Shown in pieces: positions 13,669-27,159 of a DNA stretch of 64,000 nt. Every line of letters starts with the position of its first letter. Positions within the stretch are counted from its first letter, which is position 1. The stretch comes from Fimicolochytrium jonesii (lineage: Eukaryota): assembly GCF_025526975.1 (NCBI RefSeq), contig NW_026515688.1, forward strand, positions 310,001 to 374,000, written 5' to 3'. A program made the position numbers and the translations under genes. The notes under the pieces are model-generated. The model ran no database searches. It saw only the letters and a program-made list of their open reading frames with translations, and was not told the origin of the DNA.

Positions 13669-15588
13669 ATGGGCGGACCACAGCGCAAATACTCCATCGG
13701 GGTTGATGTCGGGACGTCGTCAGGTATAAAATAGTTCTAGGCCCATATTGCGACCATGTGGCTCCCCAGCGGGACAAACGAGTAGATTCTCAGTTCATTT
13801 CCCACTGTTGTCGTGCAGCTAGGGCTGCTTTGTTTGACTGGGATGGGCATATCAAGGCCACTGTGGCCCGCTCGTTGCAGACTTGTAAGCCACGGCCGGG
13901 ATACTACGAACAGGTTAGTTTTACCTAGGCCCGTTCATCCAGATAGCGAATTCAACTCACCAACTACTGCGTGGACCTCAAGTCTTCAGAAGACATATGG
14001 ATTGCATGTTGTGAAGCTGTTCAAGGGGCCATAGCCTCGGCTGGGGACATCTCAGTTCAGGACATCAAAGGAATAGGATTCGATGCGACGTGCTCGTTAG
14101 TTGCTTTGGACGAAGGTTTTCAGCCTGTGTCGATTTCTCCCTCGAAAGCTACGCAATGGAATGTCATCATGTGGTATGACTTGCTGGTGTCCTGGACTCT
14201 TCATGGGTGTGGGTCGATGTTTGGGGCTTACCCTTGGGGCTTACCCTTCTTGCTATAGGATGGATCATCGCGCTGAAGCGGAAGCAGAAGAAATGTCCGC
14301 CACTGGTCACACAGTGCTGCAGAGGACAGGTGGTAAAATCAGTCCAGAGATGTCAGCCGCGAAAATTGTATGGCTGTATCGGCATATGCCAGAGGCCTAC
14401 AAGACTGCTACGACCTTGATGGAGCTTCCAGACTTCCTCACCTTCAAGGCGACGGGCAATCCAGCACGGTCCTTGAACTCTTTGGCGTGCAAGTGGACGT
14501 TCGCGGAGGGAGATGGGTTCAATGATTCGTTTTGGCGTGCGGTCGGCATGGATGATCTGGTCGACACGAAGTATGCGCGATGCCTTGGAAGCCAGAAAGT
14601 GACTGGCGTGGGAGAGGCGCTTGTAAACGGCCTGACGGAGGCTGCGGCCGAACAGATGGGGTTAGCGGATTGCGCTGGTATGCCCGTCGGAGCGGCGGTT
14701 ATCGACGCGTATGCAGGGGCTATTGGGACACTGGGCGTCACGCTGGATGGCGAGACCGCACCTGAGGTGCACTCGGTGCAAAATCGGATGGCGGCCATCT
14801 GCGGAACGTCTTCGTGCCACATTGCACTTTCGGCAAAACATAATTTCGTACCGGGGGTGTGGGGCCCTTACACGAACATTCTCCTTCCCGACTTTCATGT
14901 CGCTGAGGGCGGACAATCGATCACCGGTGCATTGTTGACGTACATCATCAGGACGCATCCTGCATACTCCCTGGTGGATGCTTCAACGTCATCCTCCTCG
15001 TTTGTTCAGCTCAATGAAAAGATAGCGCTACTTTCGGAGTCGCAGAGTCTGCGGTTCTCGGCCATGATGACGAAGGACATGCACCTGACCCCCGACTTTC
15101 ATGGGAATCGCTCACCACTTGCGGATCCGACCTTGCGAGGCGTTCTGGTTGGGTGTGAAATGGATGTATCCCTCGATGCACTTGCAAGGACGTACTATGC
15201 AGCCTTGCTGGCCCTTGGTTACGGCACACGGCAGATCATAGATACGCTGAATTCGAACGGCTACACGGTCGACACCTTGTTTCTTAGCGGGGGCATGGTG
15301 CAGAATGATCTCTTCGTAAAGTCTTTGGCAGACACCACGGGATGTACCGTGGTGTTACCGAGGGAAACCGACGCCGTGTTACTGGGGGCGGCGATTTTGG
15401 GTGCCGCTGCTGCCGAGGGTGGGACCGATCGGAATGCTCTTTGGAAAGCGATGGTGAGGATGAGCAGCGCTGGTCGTGTGATCAAGCCTTGTACTGGCTC
15501 GGAGGCGGAATTTCATCAGAAGAAATACGAGGTCTTCAAGGAAATCTATAGCTTTCAAAAGAAGGCAAAACACATCATGGCGGCGTAA
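13669..15588 (+). CDS. FGGY-family carbohydrate (pentulose/ribulo-) kinase
   Basis: Motifs IGVDVGTSS, GIGFDATCSLV, WMDHRA, GGKISPEM, IDAYAGAIG, ICGTSSCH, PGVWGPY, EGGQS, PDFHGNRSPLADP and LLGAAILG. Confidence 0.95.
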
Positions 15589-15688
15589 GCGTGGGACCCT
15601 TGAAGCAGCTAGCTTGGAACGGGACATATACTGCGGAAATATCATAGAAGTACAATATATTTGACCGGTTCAATATCAAGGAAGCCTT

Positions 15689-18600
15689 TCAAATGACTGA
15701 CTGCATGCCCACCAACGTCGCAAACACCTCCTCATTCACATTCTGATAAAATGCAGCGCTTTCCAGATACTGTATCACATCCGATCTCAGCCCAGCTGCT
15801 GTCGCTGCCGGTGTGCCGATCGGCGACCCTGCCGGATCGCTTGTGGGCGGCTTTTCGCCGGTGACGGGGTTGGGCGCGTTGCCCCCGTAGCTGCCGAATC
15901 CGAAAGTGAGATGCGCGGCTTTCTTGTCGGCTTTTTGCGCGGAAAGGACGTGGGAGTTGAAATCGAATGCGGTGAAAAGATCCGTTTGGTTGAGCAGATG
16001 GATAAATGTGCATCTGTAGGTTCGGAGGGACATACGAATCGGCAAAATGAATCAAGCATGGTGTAGCAGCAATGCGGGAAGGAGACGTACCCAGCCCATG
16101 CCAATCCGTCGCCAAAAAGCTCCCTGTAAACAAGACGACAAATGTGAGCGTCTGGAATATGTCGGGAGGCCGGTTTCTTCGTATCGCGCATTACCTCACT
16201 AACTTTCCCTCCCCAACACTCGGCACACAAAACGTGAACTGCAACGAACTCCATATACGAAAGAAGGCACGTGGATTCTCCAGACTTCCATGAGCTTGCC
16301 ACTCGTCCGCGGCGTCCTCCAATGTATCCCGTAGGGAGGTGAGGAATGTTTCCATGATGGCAGGAGGCGGGGAGGGTGCGTAGATTTGTTGATTGATTTT
16401 CAGGGCTTCCTGAAAATGCTGGAGAAGGGATGAATTTCAGTGGATGTATATGAATGTCCGTGGATGTAATAACGGAAAGCTGACGCACAATTGCAGCTTG
16501 CTCCTCAGGCGATGCTATTGAGTCAGTGTTCTCTGCGGAAAGCGACGCGGAGGACCGTGGGTTGTCTATCGCGATTGATGTAGATTGAGTCAACGGATGT
16601 TTTGGAGAAAGTCCGTTGCAATGTGGCTTTACTTGGGCTTACTTGAGAGTTGCTGTGACCCAAACGCCTTACTCTGGATCTCCTGCAAGGTTCCATCGAT
16701 GGCCTGAAAGGAACGGGCGACGTGAAAAACTGTCTTGCGTCAAGCAAATGCAGGCGGGAGCTCCCTTACCAAAACATCTTCCAAGAACTTGACAATCACA
16801 ACAGCGTTCCCGACTTTCCGGAAAGACTGAAGTACGTCGGATTTGAGAGCCGCGTAGGATAACAGTGGCTTCAAGTGCGCTGCAAAGTACTCGAAGGTCC
16901 CTTTGTAATGATGAGCGGTTAATGAGCCGAATATCGATATTTGAAGGCCCACAACAAAGAACAAGTGGATCACGCACCTGCCGTTCCATACTCGAATAGC
17001 GGCAGTTTCAGCGCTTGCGGAGTGCCCTTTGCTATCTCACGAATGTATGCGCTCAAAGTGTCTGTAATCTGCGGAAAGAGGTTGTCAAACATCTGACCGT
17101 TGTTGCGTCCGTCAAAGGCCTCATCATCTGGAGCATACCATAGCGTTAACCTGCCTAGCAAGCTCGGCGGTTATCGCTGCAACGCTCGTCTTGCCCACCA
17201 GACGAACGAGGGAATGGAAGTGTTCTTCCCCCATGTAGCCTTTGAATATTCCGTTTTGAGCATGGAATGCTACGGACTGAGCCTGCATTTCAAACGTCTT
17301 CAGTGCCAGTGGATATCCCCAGGGTGGAGTTCGAAAGGAGTCTTACCTTGGAACCATACAAATGGAATACTAGCGCTTTCGAAAGGTTATTCCTGGATAT
17401 CGGCTTTGTGAATGGATCGGGTCCCCGCAAGAACCTATGCCGGAAATCACTCAGCGTCCAACGACGCATTCTTCAGCCGCTCCACAACCACATCCTTGAA
17501 CCCACCTATTCGTGACGTTGTTGAACGTATAGTTCGGCATCACATCGTACACCAACTCGGCGATGGTGTGCGTCACGATCCGTCCATTCGCCGCACCCAA
17601 CGTCATCGCCTCATCCACCTCGGCCAGCATGTCTTCGAATGGGTCCAGAGACATGTACTCGGATAGGAGCTTGTGGGTTGTGTGAACCGTGCGGATGAGT
17701 GTTTCCAGATCCTGTTCGGCGAAAGCATTTTGGATGTGAGTGAAGAGCGTACATGCGTCGTTACAGACGCTGACGGAGACACATACCATGATATGCGTGA
17801 AATCGCTCGCTTCATAACGACTTATAGCGATATCGATGGATTTGCGGAGATAAGTGTTCATCATGTTGGCGATGAGGTCGGGAATGTTTAGGGAACGGCC
17901 TAGCAGCTGTGAAGAGGACGCAATCAGTAACTCTCCGTGTCCTGCCGTACAAGCGCCAGAGCCAGCTTACCTGATAGTTCTTCTGTTGCAGAATCGGAGC
18001 GTATGTGCCCAGCGCAAAGTCCATGTGAGCCAGATTCATGTCGCCTTTTAGATCGGAGGATAGAACGATTCTATAAATTCAAAGATTCAAGAATCAATGA
18101 ATACTCCAACATTCACAGACGACGTCCAAAGAATGATCCTCACGCTCCAGCTGCTTTCTTGAAGTGCGAATACATTTTCTGGCTCGTTTTGAAAATCAGC
18201 TGGTCAAAACACAGGCTGACCTACCCGTTGATTTAATGTTAGCACTGCCGGTACTCACGGGAATTGCCACGGTTCGGAAATACCTCAGCGACGATTTCGT
18301 CATAAATGAACTTGCTGTTCAGGTAATACAATGCCCGGAAAGCAGAGTCATTGTAGAGCTCGAATGGATAGAAGGTGTACCTGCAATCCACACAGGTTAG
18401 CTGCTGCATACGGCACAGTATAACGATACATGCTTCTCACGTACTGCAGCATCTCGGTGTCATTACTCTCCAGTATCGATTCCGTTAATAGCCATGGAAG
18501 CGACATGCTGATGGGAAACTGAAGAGTTTGCAAAGTAGTATACGGGTTAGCCGGCCCAAAGGCTACAGACCGGTCCAATCGAATCGAAAAAAGCATCTCA

Positions 18601-21180
18601 CCTGGACTTTCTTGCTCAATTCCAAATAGAACTCCTTAAACCACAAGTTTGCCAGATTTCCGACTTGCTGCACAGTGCCTGTCCCAACAATATCAGCGAG
18701 TGTGTTTCAAGTCCCCACCTCCCGCTCAACACCCACCTTCCAGATTCAACATCGGGAAGTACAGCGCCGTCCTCGCCAAGAAGGCATCGACCTCAGCCAC
18801 TTGAGCATCTTTGAAATCCTTTTCCTTCATCAGGCCGCCTTTCATGCCCTTTGCTTTGTCGCTGAAGCAAAGGTGAAGGACGGTGCATAGCATTTGTAGC
18901 TGCGTTGGCGAAATCGAATGCGGCTTGGGCGAATCCTTTATCCTACTCTCCCTAACCTCCTCCGCCGGTTGGAGCAGGATATCGCGGAGGTGTTTCATGA
19001 TACTGCGTTTTCGATTCCGTTAGGCATCGTGTCCTCGCATCCGCGTATTCCGATCCACACTTCACTTACGAAGCAACAGCCCTCTTCTTCTTGCTAGCGT
19101 GAGCATGATAGTCATTCAGTTTCAGATTGACGAATTGCTGGATGTCTGCATAGATGTGCTGGTTAATCGCTACGAGAATTGCGGGTTCGAGGTCGAGGAG
19201 CGTTGTTGTCAGGTTTTTGATCATCGCTATGTACTGTCATGAAGGTTAGTCTAGGCCGGACAGGGTGTGATGCCGAATTTCGAACTCACCTCGATCAATG
19301 CCCGTTTGTCCTCGACGCTGTAGTTATAACGAACCGCCTATGTTTAGGGAAAGGTATTAGCGTGGTGTCTGATGCATGCCAATCTGCAAGGGACCTACCA
19401 GCTCATATGAGAAGGCTTCCGCTGGTATTGACGGCACCAGTTGCGGGTTGACGGGATTCGCATACTTCCATGCACTCTGAAAGCGGAAGATGAGCTCTCG
19501 GCTCCTAACAATCGTCATCGGGTGCGATACGCATAACGTACCTGCTCCAACACCTTTGTCGATGTCCGCACGAGAAGCTTCACAGACTGCTCCACAATGG
19601 TATACACGTCCTTTAGCACTGTCTGTGCCGCCACAATCTCCGATGAACGTAGCTGCGTGGATCTGATTAGATTCACCATTCACTACGGCAGCCTCGTGCA
19701 TGGAGTCGAGAACGGTTCCACGTACAATGTTGACCGCTCGCTTCAACGACGACATGTTGTCGGTGTACTCTTGTCGCGTAGCATCCACATTCAAAGCTAA
19801 ACTGTAAGTCCTCGCCAGGGCCGCTTTTGCAGTTTCGTCCGTCTCTTCCCACTTGACGTTCCCCAAGTGAGGGGCTTTCCCATAGATGGTCGATAGGAAG
19901 ACATATTGATCGGCGAAAAGTGGCACTACAGGGCACGCCTGAGGTGTTCCACACGATCAGTTCTTGCTCCCACTAGGATCGAAATTGCAAGGTTCCTACC
20001 TTGAACAGCTTCCCAAAGCGCTCAATTTTGAACTTCTTCCGCTTTGTGATATCATGGTCATCTCCTGCGCCGTCCAGCAAGTACAGCGCAAAAGCTATAG
20101 CCTGCAGCAACCCTTTTAGCATCCACTCCGTTCGCCTCCAAGTCTGCCACGCTCATTATACCCGATAGTACGTATGCTTTGTCCTCGCCGGTATGAAATC
20201 TGACGTCTCGAGCCGAGTCGCGCACAATTCCATCATCTCTATTATGATTTCTTCATAGGTGGGTGGAAGCGTCGCTAGGCGGGTCTTCAGCTCGGAGGAG
20301 TACTGGTCCTGATTGGCGAGGAAGGAATACAGCTTGTGTTGCATCACCGTTTCGTCTTCGCTTATATCTCTATTGGAACTCTGCACAGCCCTTTTCCGGC
20401 CGTCAATACGACATCTCCACAGAGCGCGACCGTAGAGAGCTCCAGAAGATGCTCACCTCCGGTACATTGAAAAGTCGTTGTTCATGGATCCCTTCACATT
20501 CTTCATGGCGTCCATAATTACGAACATGTCCAGTAACCGTGCAGAGGCCTCTAGGTACTGCGTGCTTGCGAATAGCTCAGTGTCCCGTGCTTTCGGGATC
20601 AGCTTCGCAAAGATATCCGTCACGCCGGTGATGGCGGCATCCCTGAATGCCATGAACTTTCGCATTTTGTTCACCTCCGGTTGGAGGACAGTGAAAGTCG
20701 TTTCGTACATCTCGAGCCGGTTCGTCTGATCGTTGCTTTGCACCTGATGACGGGATTGAGTTCGCTGATATTCAGCGTTTTGCGATTAGAAGGCGAAATG
20801 TACCTGGGGTATTGCTCTGCTGCAACTTCGGTAGCTGTATAGACTGGACAGCAGCTTTTCACCCTCCTCCAAAAGATAGTTCTGCATGTCAAAGATATGT
20901 AAGTACTCGTCCTGTATCGGGAAACCACTCGGTGTTGGATGCTCACCATTTTGGCAATATACGCCTGTTCCTGAACCGCATAGCCGATAGTGTGCTCCAA
21001 GAACTTGTCTGAGGTTTTCACGGGCAAGAAGATATTGGAGTCGGCTAAATTGATGTCTTGCAACGTTCCATTGATAGCCACGGCTACTGGCGATGCTGAT
21101 ATCACAGGACCTTTGGAGTTCAAGGCCACGGCGTTCAGCCGATCGAAAACGGATTGCGTTTCTATTGTTGATTGCGACAT
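15689..21180 (-). CDS. CYFIP: CYFIP/Sra1 subunit of the WAVE regulatory complex
   Basis: Motifs LYSYRSCSRAIPQV, VLQPEVNKMRKFMAF, LDAMKNVKGSMNNDFSMYRR, AWKYANP, QFPISMSLPWLLTE, RELFGDGLAWAG and FDFNSHVL. Many exons. Confidence 0.93.
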
Positions 21181-21721
21181 TCTGATTTGCGACAAGTGTG
21201 CGAAGACGAGTGAAATGTTGTCCTGGCTTTGACAACCGTCTAGGGCGGTACTTCCGGGATAAGTAACAGCAGATTCAGGACTGGGACTGGTCTTATATGA
21301 TATCCATTTGCCAAACGGGCAGGTTATCGATCCTTCAGTGTTGTCAAAGCACTGTTTGGGCCTGTGGACGGAAAGGATCGAAGCAACGAAGGACACGTCC
21401 TGGAAAACGAGTACGGTGAACTAAGTTGAGAGAGGATCGGGAAAAGCGTGAGGCCCATAATTTGACCGCGCGTGCCCTGTCAAAGAGCCAGAGTCCTGAG
21501 GGGCGCGCCGTCCCTGCCGTCCAGCTCTTCATCATCACAACTTCGCCGCCATAACCGCAAAACCGCAAGCGGTGGCCTCAAAGAGTCAAGACCATTTTCT
21601 CACGCAACATCCTGACAACTTTGCTGAGAAATTGGATATTCTGATCACCGGGCGCCTTTGAAAAAGCTCTCAGTATCGGTAGCTTTTGGGCTGTCTCATT
21701 GCATCTTACGTTTCAGTCGTG

Positions 21722-24700
21722 ATGGACAAGTTCATCCCCCGATTGGGCGCGTACCGCCTGAAGGACCTCATCAAGGCCATCCGGAGCTGTAAAACAGCCG
21801 CTGACGAAAGGGCGGTCATCGCAAAGGAGAGTGCCTACCTGAGGACGAGCTTCAAGGAGGAGAATGTAGATCTCAGGCATCAAAACATTGCCAAACTGTT
21901 GTACATTCATATGCTGGGATATCCAGCACATTTTGGCCAAATTGAATGCTTAAAGCTCGGTACGTTTGAGGCGGAGGTGAAGGAGCTCATTGCGGTCAGA
22001 TAAGAAACCAAGTCCTCATAAAGCTCTATCATCCAGTTGCGTCTCCTCGGTTTGCCGATAAGCGGCTCGGATATCTTGGAATCATGCTCTTGCTTGACGA
22101 GAACCAGGAAGTTCTCACACTGGTCACCAACTCGTTGAAAAAGTAAGGAACACTTCTCACAGCTCTTGGGGAGAGGGTATTCCGACCAACTGTCCTCCGT
22201 TTCCCCAGTGATATGAACAGTGCGAATATGTTCATTGTTGGCCTTGCCCTGTGTACAATGGGGAACATATCTTCTCCAGAGATGGCCCGTGATTTGTGTG
22301 GGGAGGTGGAAAGGCTTCTGGCAAGCTCGAATGCGTACATAAGAAAGAAGGTGCCGTGGAAGAGGCTCCGTTCAGTTCGGAGACAGCTGCTGACGGTTTC
22401 ATTGCCCACCAGGCTGCACTGTGTGCTCTCAGGATCATCAAGAAGGTTCCCGACCTCCTGGAGAACTTCATATCTCGAGGCAAAAGTCTTCTGAATGAGC
22501 GAAACCATGGAGTGTTACTGACGGGCATCACGCTGCTCACTGAAATGTGCAAGATGAATGAAGACGTTCTGTCGGACCTGCGGGCGGTGAGCAGGATTCT
22601 GCGTTGTTGTCATCGTACGACTCTGTGGCTCATTCCTCTGGTATCAGCACTCAGCTGCGACTTTGGTACGGCATCTCAAGAATCTCGTCACCGCTGGCTT
22701 CAGTCCAGAACATGATGTCAACGGCATCACGGACCCATTTGTGCAAGTGAGAGTTTTGCGACTCATGAGGATCTTGGGGAAAGGTGACGCCGAAGCGTCG
22801 GAAGCCATGAACGATGTCCTCGCACAGGTGCGTCAATGCGTCACGGAAAGATGCGGTAGCACGTATTACTCAGACGTTGCTTTGTAGGTTGCAACCAACA
22901 CCGAAGCAACAAAGAACGTTGGGAATGCTATTCTTTACGAAGCGGTTCTGACCATCATGGAGATTGAGAGCGAAAGTTCTCTGCGTGTTCTTGCAATCAA
23001 CATTCTCGGTCGGTTCCTGTCGAACAGGGATAACAATATCAAATACGTTGCGCTTACGACGCTCACGAAGACTTCCGCAAACACGGCAACGGCTGATTCT
23101 TCAGCTCTACAAAGGCATCGGTCCACGATTCTCGATTGCCTTCGCGACCCTGACATTTCAATCCGCCGCCGTGCGCTGGACCTTTCGTTCTTCCTCATCA
23201 ACGCGCAGAACATCCGTATATTGACTCGTGAGCTGTTGGCGTATTTGGAGATTTGTGAAGGGGAGAGCAAAAACTCGGTCGCCATCAGAATATGTGATTT
23301 TGCTGGGAGGTATCGGCCGAACAAGCGATGGGAGGTGGACACTGTCTGCCGTATCTTGCGCGTTGCTGGGGCTTTCGTCGATCAGCCTGTCGTGAATCAC
23401 TTCATCAAGTTGGTGACGACTTCGCCACCAGAACTCCAGCAATATGCAGTGCGCAAGCTTTACAACACTGTAAAGAACGAGGGCGAAAAGGCTCTCACTC
23501 AGGAAGGACTACTGCAAGCCACTGTCTGGTGTATTGGAGAGTATGGGGATTCTCTTGTGCAAGGGACATCAGGGTCGATTGGTGGGGATGAGGATGACGG
23601 TAATACCGATCCGAGCACGCAAAGCTCGTATCAGATCGCGCCGACGGAACCAGAGGTCATTGACAGACTGACGGAGGTCCTGAAAGGACCCTTCGCAACG
23701 GAGCTGGTGAAAGAGTACACCATGGTGACACTGGTGAAGCTCAGCACCCGGTTCACTACCGATGCTGCTATTAGGTACGGGCTTCACGTTCTCAGAGCGC
23801 CTGAGCTGGAAACACTCGCTTAAATTCATGGCTCGTAGTGGAATCCGAACGCTCCTGACAAAGTACAGAGCTAGCGTTGCACTTGAGCTCCAACAGCGCT
23901 CCATCGAATTCACTACCATCTTCCAACTGGACCGTGACGCCAGGTGAGATAGACTGTCACATTACTGGAAGCGTATTGGGGCTGCCTCTAACCAAATCCG
24001 GTCTTTCTTTGTTTAGGCATGGTTTGTTAGAACGCATGCCGGTGTTGGAAAGCGCGGCAAAAGAAGAAGCAAAGAAAGGGTTGGGTGTTCCCACAACTTC
24101 CACCAATGGTATGTCCGTGGATAGGGACTGTCTGTGACGGACCACAGTAGTGCTAACTACTTTCTTCTCCAGCTCCTGCATCTACACCAACAGCCGGCCG
24201 AGAGGATCTTCTAGGATTGAGCGGAGGTTCAGCAGCGGGTGGAGCGTCCAGTAAAGGCGACGACATCTACAACCTCGTCTTCGGAGGGGCTCAAGGCGGC
24301 AACTCAGCAGTCCCGAAGAGTGACGTAAGTTGGCTTGGGGTGCCCTTTTTGGAGCAACTCGAGCAGTGGTTCCAACATATGTCTGCTTCTAGAACATTAT
24401 GGATCTCCTCGGCGACATCGGGCTCGGCTCAACGCCGGTCCCAGGAGTAGCGGCAGCTCCTAGCTTTGCCGGACCGTCTCATAATGACTTGCTCGGAGAC
24501 ATCTTTGGCGGTGGCTCCGCATCCAAAAGTCCTGTCGCACCTGTTGGCTTCAGTTCTCAACAGCCGTCATCAGCAGCGCTTGCAATGGATCCCTTAGCGG
24601 ATCTCTTTGGCGGCGTCGGCCTCGGCGGTGGCTCGGTGTCCAGCGCGCCTGCCCACAAATCATACGTGGCGTACGACAAAAACAATCTCAAAGTCACGCT

Positions 24701-25126
24701 CACGGCATGGAAAGAGGGTAGCGCGGTACACATCACCACGGAAATGAAGAATAGCGGTTGGTCGTTACTGACCAATGCAGCTGTACAAGTGGCTGTTCCA
24801 AGGGTATGACGAAGATTCAAGCCTCTACCCAAAGTTGGCGGTAGTGCTGACGAGACCTTGATCCTTCAGAGTATGCAAATTTCGAATTACTCGCAAAACT
24901 CGAGTACGATACCAGCAGGCAGCGCGGCCACGCAAACCATGCAGGTCGACAATCCGACCAAGGTAGGTTCACTGGCCGGTAGAGCTAATTGGGGAAACAT
25001 GGACTAATCGATCGATTCCCGCAGGCCCCCGTTCGGTTACGACTGAAAATCCTATACACCGCCGGAGATCAAAGCACGGAAGAAATCGTCGACTTTTCGC
25101 AATTCGATCCAAGTCTATGGTCGTGA
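21722..25126 (+). CDS. APL4: AP-1 adaptor complex gamma subunit
   Basis: Motifs [66 protein letters not shown] and ELQQRSIEF. The C-terminal gamma-ear domain ends RLKILYTAG...[10 protein letters not shown]. Confidence 0.97.
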
Positions 25127-25244
25127 TGCTATATGGATTCTGTTCCTTCATTCTCTTCATTAGCTCCACCTTCATCCATATCCTTTCTGAGGAACTATGG
25201 CCCATATAGCTATCTTTCACTGCTTTTCCCCTTCCTAACTCTAA

Positions 25245-25881
25245 TCAGGATTCTACGATGCGAGAAAAGCCTGAGTGCTCCCAACGGTGAATCGTTTGCG
25301 CCCACAGCAGGTCCTCAGATGTTCCTCCGTCCCCGTCATCATAATTCGTGTTGTTTTCCTTTCTCATCCCGATGTCCGGTTGGGGAACCCCATAATACTC
25401 CCGATCCGCCAAATCCCGCTCTTTCTCAACCGCCTTAATCCTCTTCTCCACATTCTTGCGCTCAGCGGCCGTCAGATGATTCCCGCGAACGGTCGCCATA
25501 TCGATCATCGAGCATAGTGGAATCCATGACCATTTCCTGAGCGAACGAGAAGGCGTTCTGGTGCCCACGTGCCACACACCACGCCGCCATGCCGTGGGAT
25601 GTTGCGCGTCGAGCGCTGGGGGCTTCCAGGAAGCGGTCGTGCAGCGCGGATCGAGGCGTTTGGGCGTGCGGGTTAACTTCCCATATGTTGCAGCAATGAA
25701 GACACCTTGCCATAGGCGGGTGTCAAAAGTGCGAGGAAGGTACAGTATGAGATTGAAGTCGGCGGGCGAATATTCGACAGCGAGTGAACATGGTAAAAGA
25801 ACAAACCCATCAGTAGATGAGCCACGTACCTAAGAGCACAATGAGAAAGAGGGCCCTGCAGAGTGACTTTGTGGAGCTCAT
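25245..25881 (-). CDS. Putative small secreted protein of unknown function (~160 aa)
   Basis: Exon 1 MSSTKSLCRALFLIVLL(G) ends at a GTACGT donor (~25829). Splicing to an AG at ~25706 continues in frame as VFIAATYGKLTRTPKR... into ORF 25245-25577, creating a clean signal peptide. Confidence 0.45.
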
Positions 25882-27159
25882 CGTTTTTGTTGTTATGTTT
25901 TTAGGGAGCAGAAAGCCTTGGGATGAACATGGACGGCGTCGAGTAGCCTTCGTTTCGAGAGGGCCGCCCTGTACGTAATTGTTACCCGTTTGTCGGTTTC
26001 GCAACTTCTGTCCAAAAACTGTCAGTCCTCTGAAATCATACTGACGTGGAACACCTGGCCGAGAAAGAAGCCATTAAACGTACGCATGGGAGACCTATAG
26101 GGGAGAGATGGGAGGCAGCAGCTTCAATCAAGTCATCGGATGTAAGTTCAGAAACTACAGGGGTTTGCACAAAACGAAGGAGTCAAACATGGCCAGTAAA
26201 CGTATTCCATTGATGTCCACGCAACATGGTACGCCATGACTATTCAAGTGGCCTTGACATTCCCAGGTGGGCAGAGCGGGACTGGGAGGAATTATTAGGT
26301 ATGGGTCTGGAAAATTAGGGTGGACGTCTGCGTAGACGTGTGAAAGCTTCCCTTTATCGCCTTGTATAGAAAATAGGGTGAAATCGTCCATTGCCCTCTT
26401 GCAATATGCATCGATAAGTCAGGAAGCAGTCTCCGGAAGCTCCCAAATGAAAGAGACACAGGCATAATCATCGCGATGTAACTGATCAGGCTAAGCAGGC
26501 TATCTGCCACGAGCTAGAGCCCCGGCCAATAGAGCTTTCGTTCGTAGAATAGCGTCTCCAGGCACGGAGGACTGGGCGGAAGGACCTCGAGGGTTATCAT
26601 GATGGCGAACGACGAAAAGCTGGGAGAGCTGATGATAATCAGCACTCCGGACTGTAGACCGGCGAAGTTATACAGCTGATTGAAGCCAGTTCGCAATGAA
26701 GATGTCGTCGATGGATGCTTGAATGACGGACGAGAACGGACGATGTGAACACGAGCTGGCGAGAGCTGATTGAGGTGGATGCCAACGACGAAATCAGACC
26801 GTGGATATCTGGACGTGGAACTCCTCTGTGAAGGGAGACAATGTGCGAAGGCGTAAGAGGACTACGATTTGTTCACGATGTGATATATATACGGCCTCGT
26901 ACATACAACGTTCAAAATTTGACAGGATAAGATCGGAAAGCGACAGCGCGTACCACACTACCGCAGGGGAACTCCGCCCGCTTCCCAAGTTCACGAACAT
27001 AATAACAGAAAGCGCACTACATAGTCTAATACACGAGAGCTAGGAAAGAAGAAGGTATCGCTTGTGAGAAGGTATATGTTGCAAGTGTTTTGAATTGCAC
27101 TGCTGTTGGATGAACGAGAAAGTGGGAGTTGAGGTGGTTGAGGAACGGACCGCAGTTTG

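Noticed and set aside
15583..15700. GTAAGC donor-like sequence overlapping the FGGY kinase stop (possible alternative-splice PTS1)
   Set aside because: Neither readthrough (AWDP*) nor the downstream AG acceptors I tried give a PTS1-like C-terminus.
26050..27050. Several 60-80 aa ORFs between the small secreted gene and the GPCR
   Set aside because: I could not build a consistent spliced model or recognise a domain, so I treated the region as intergenic.
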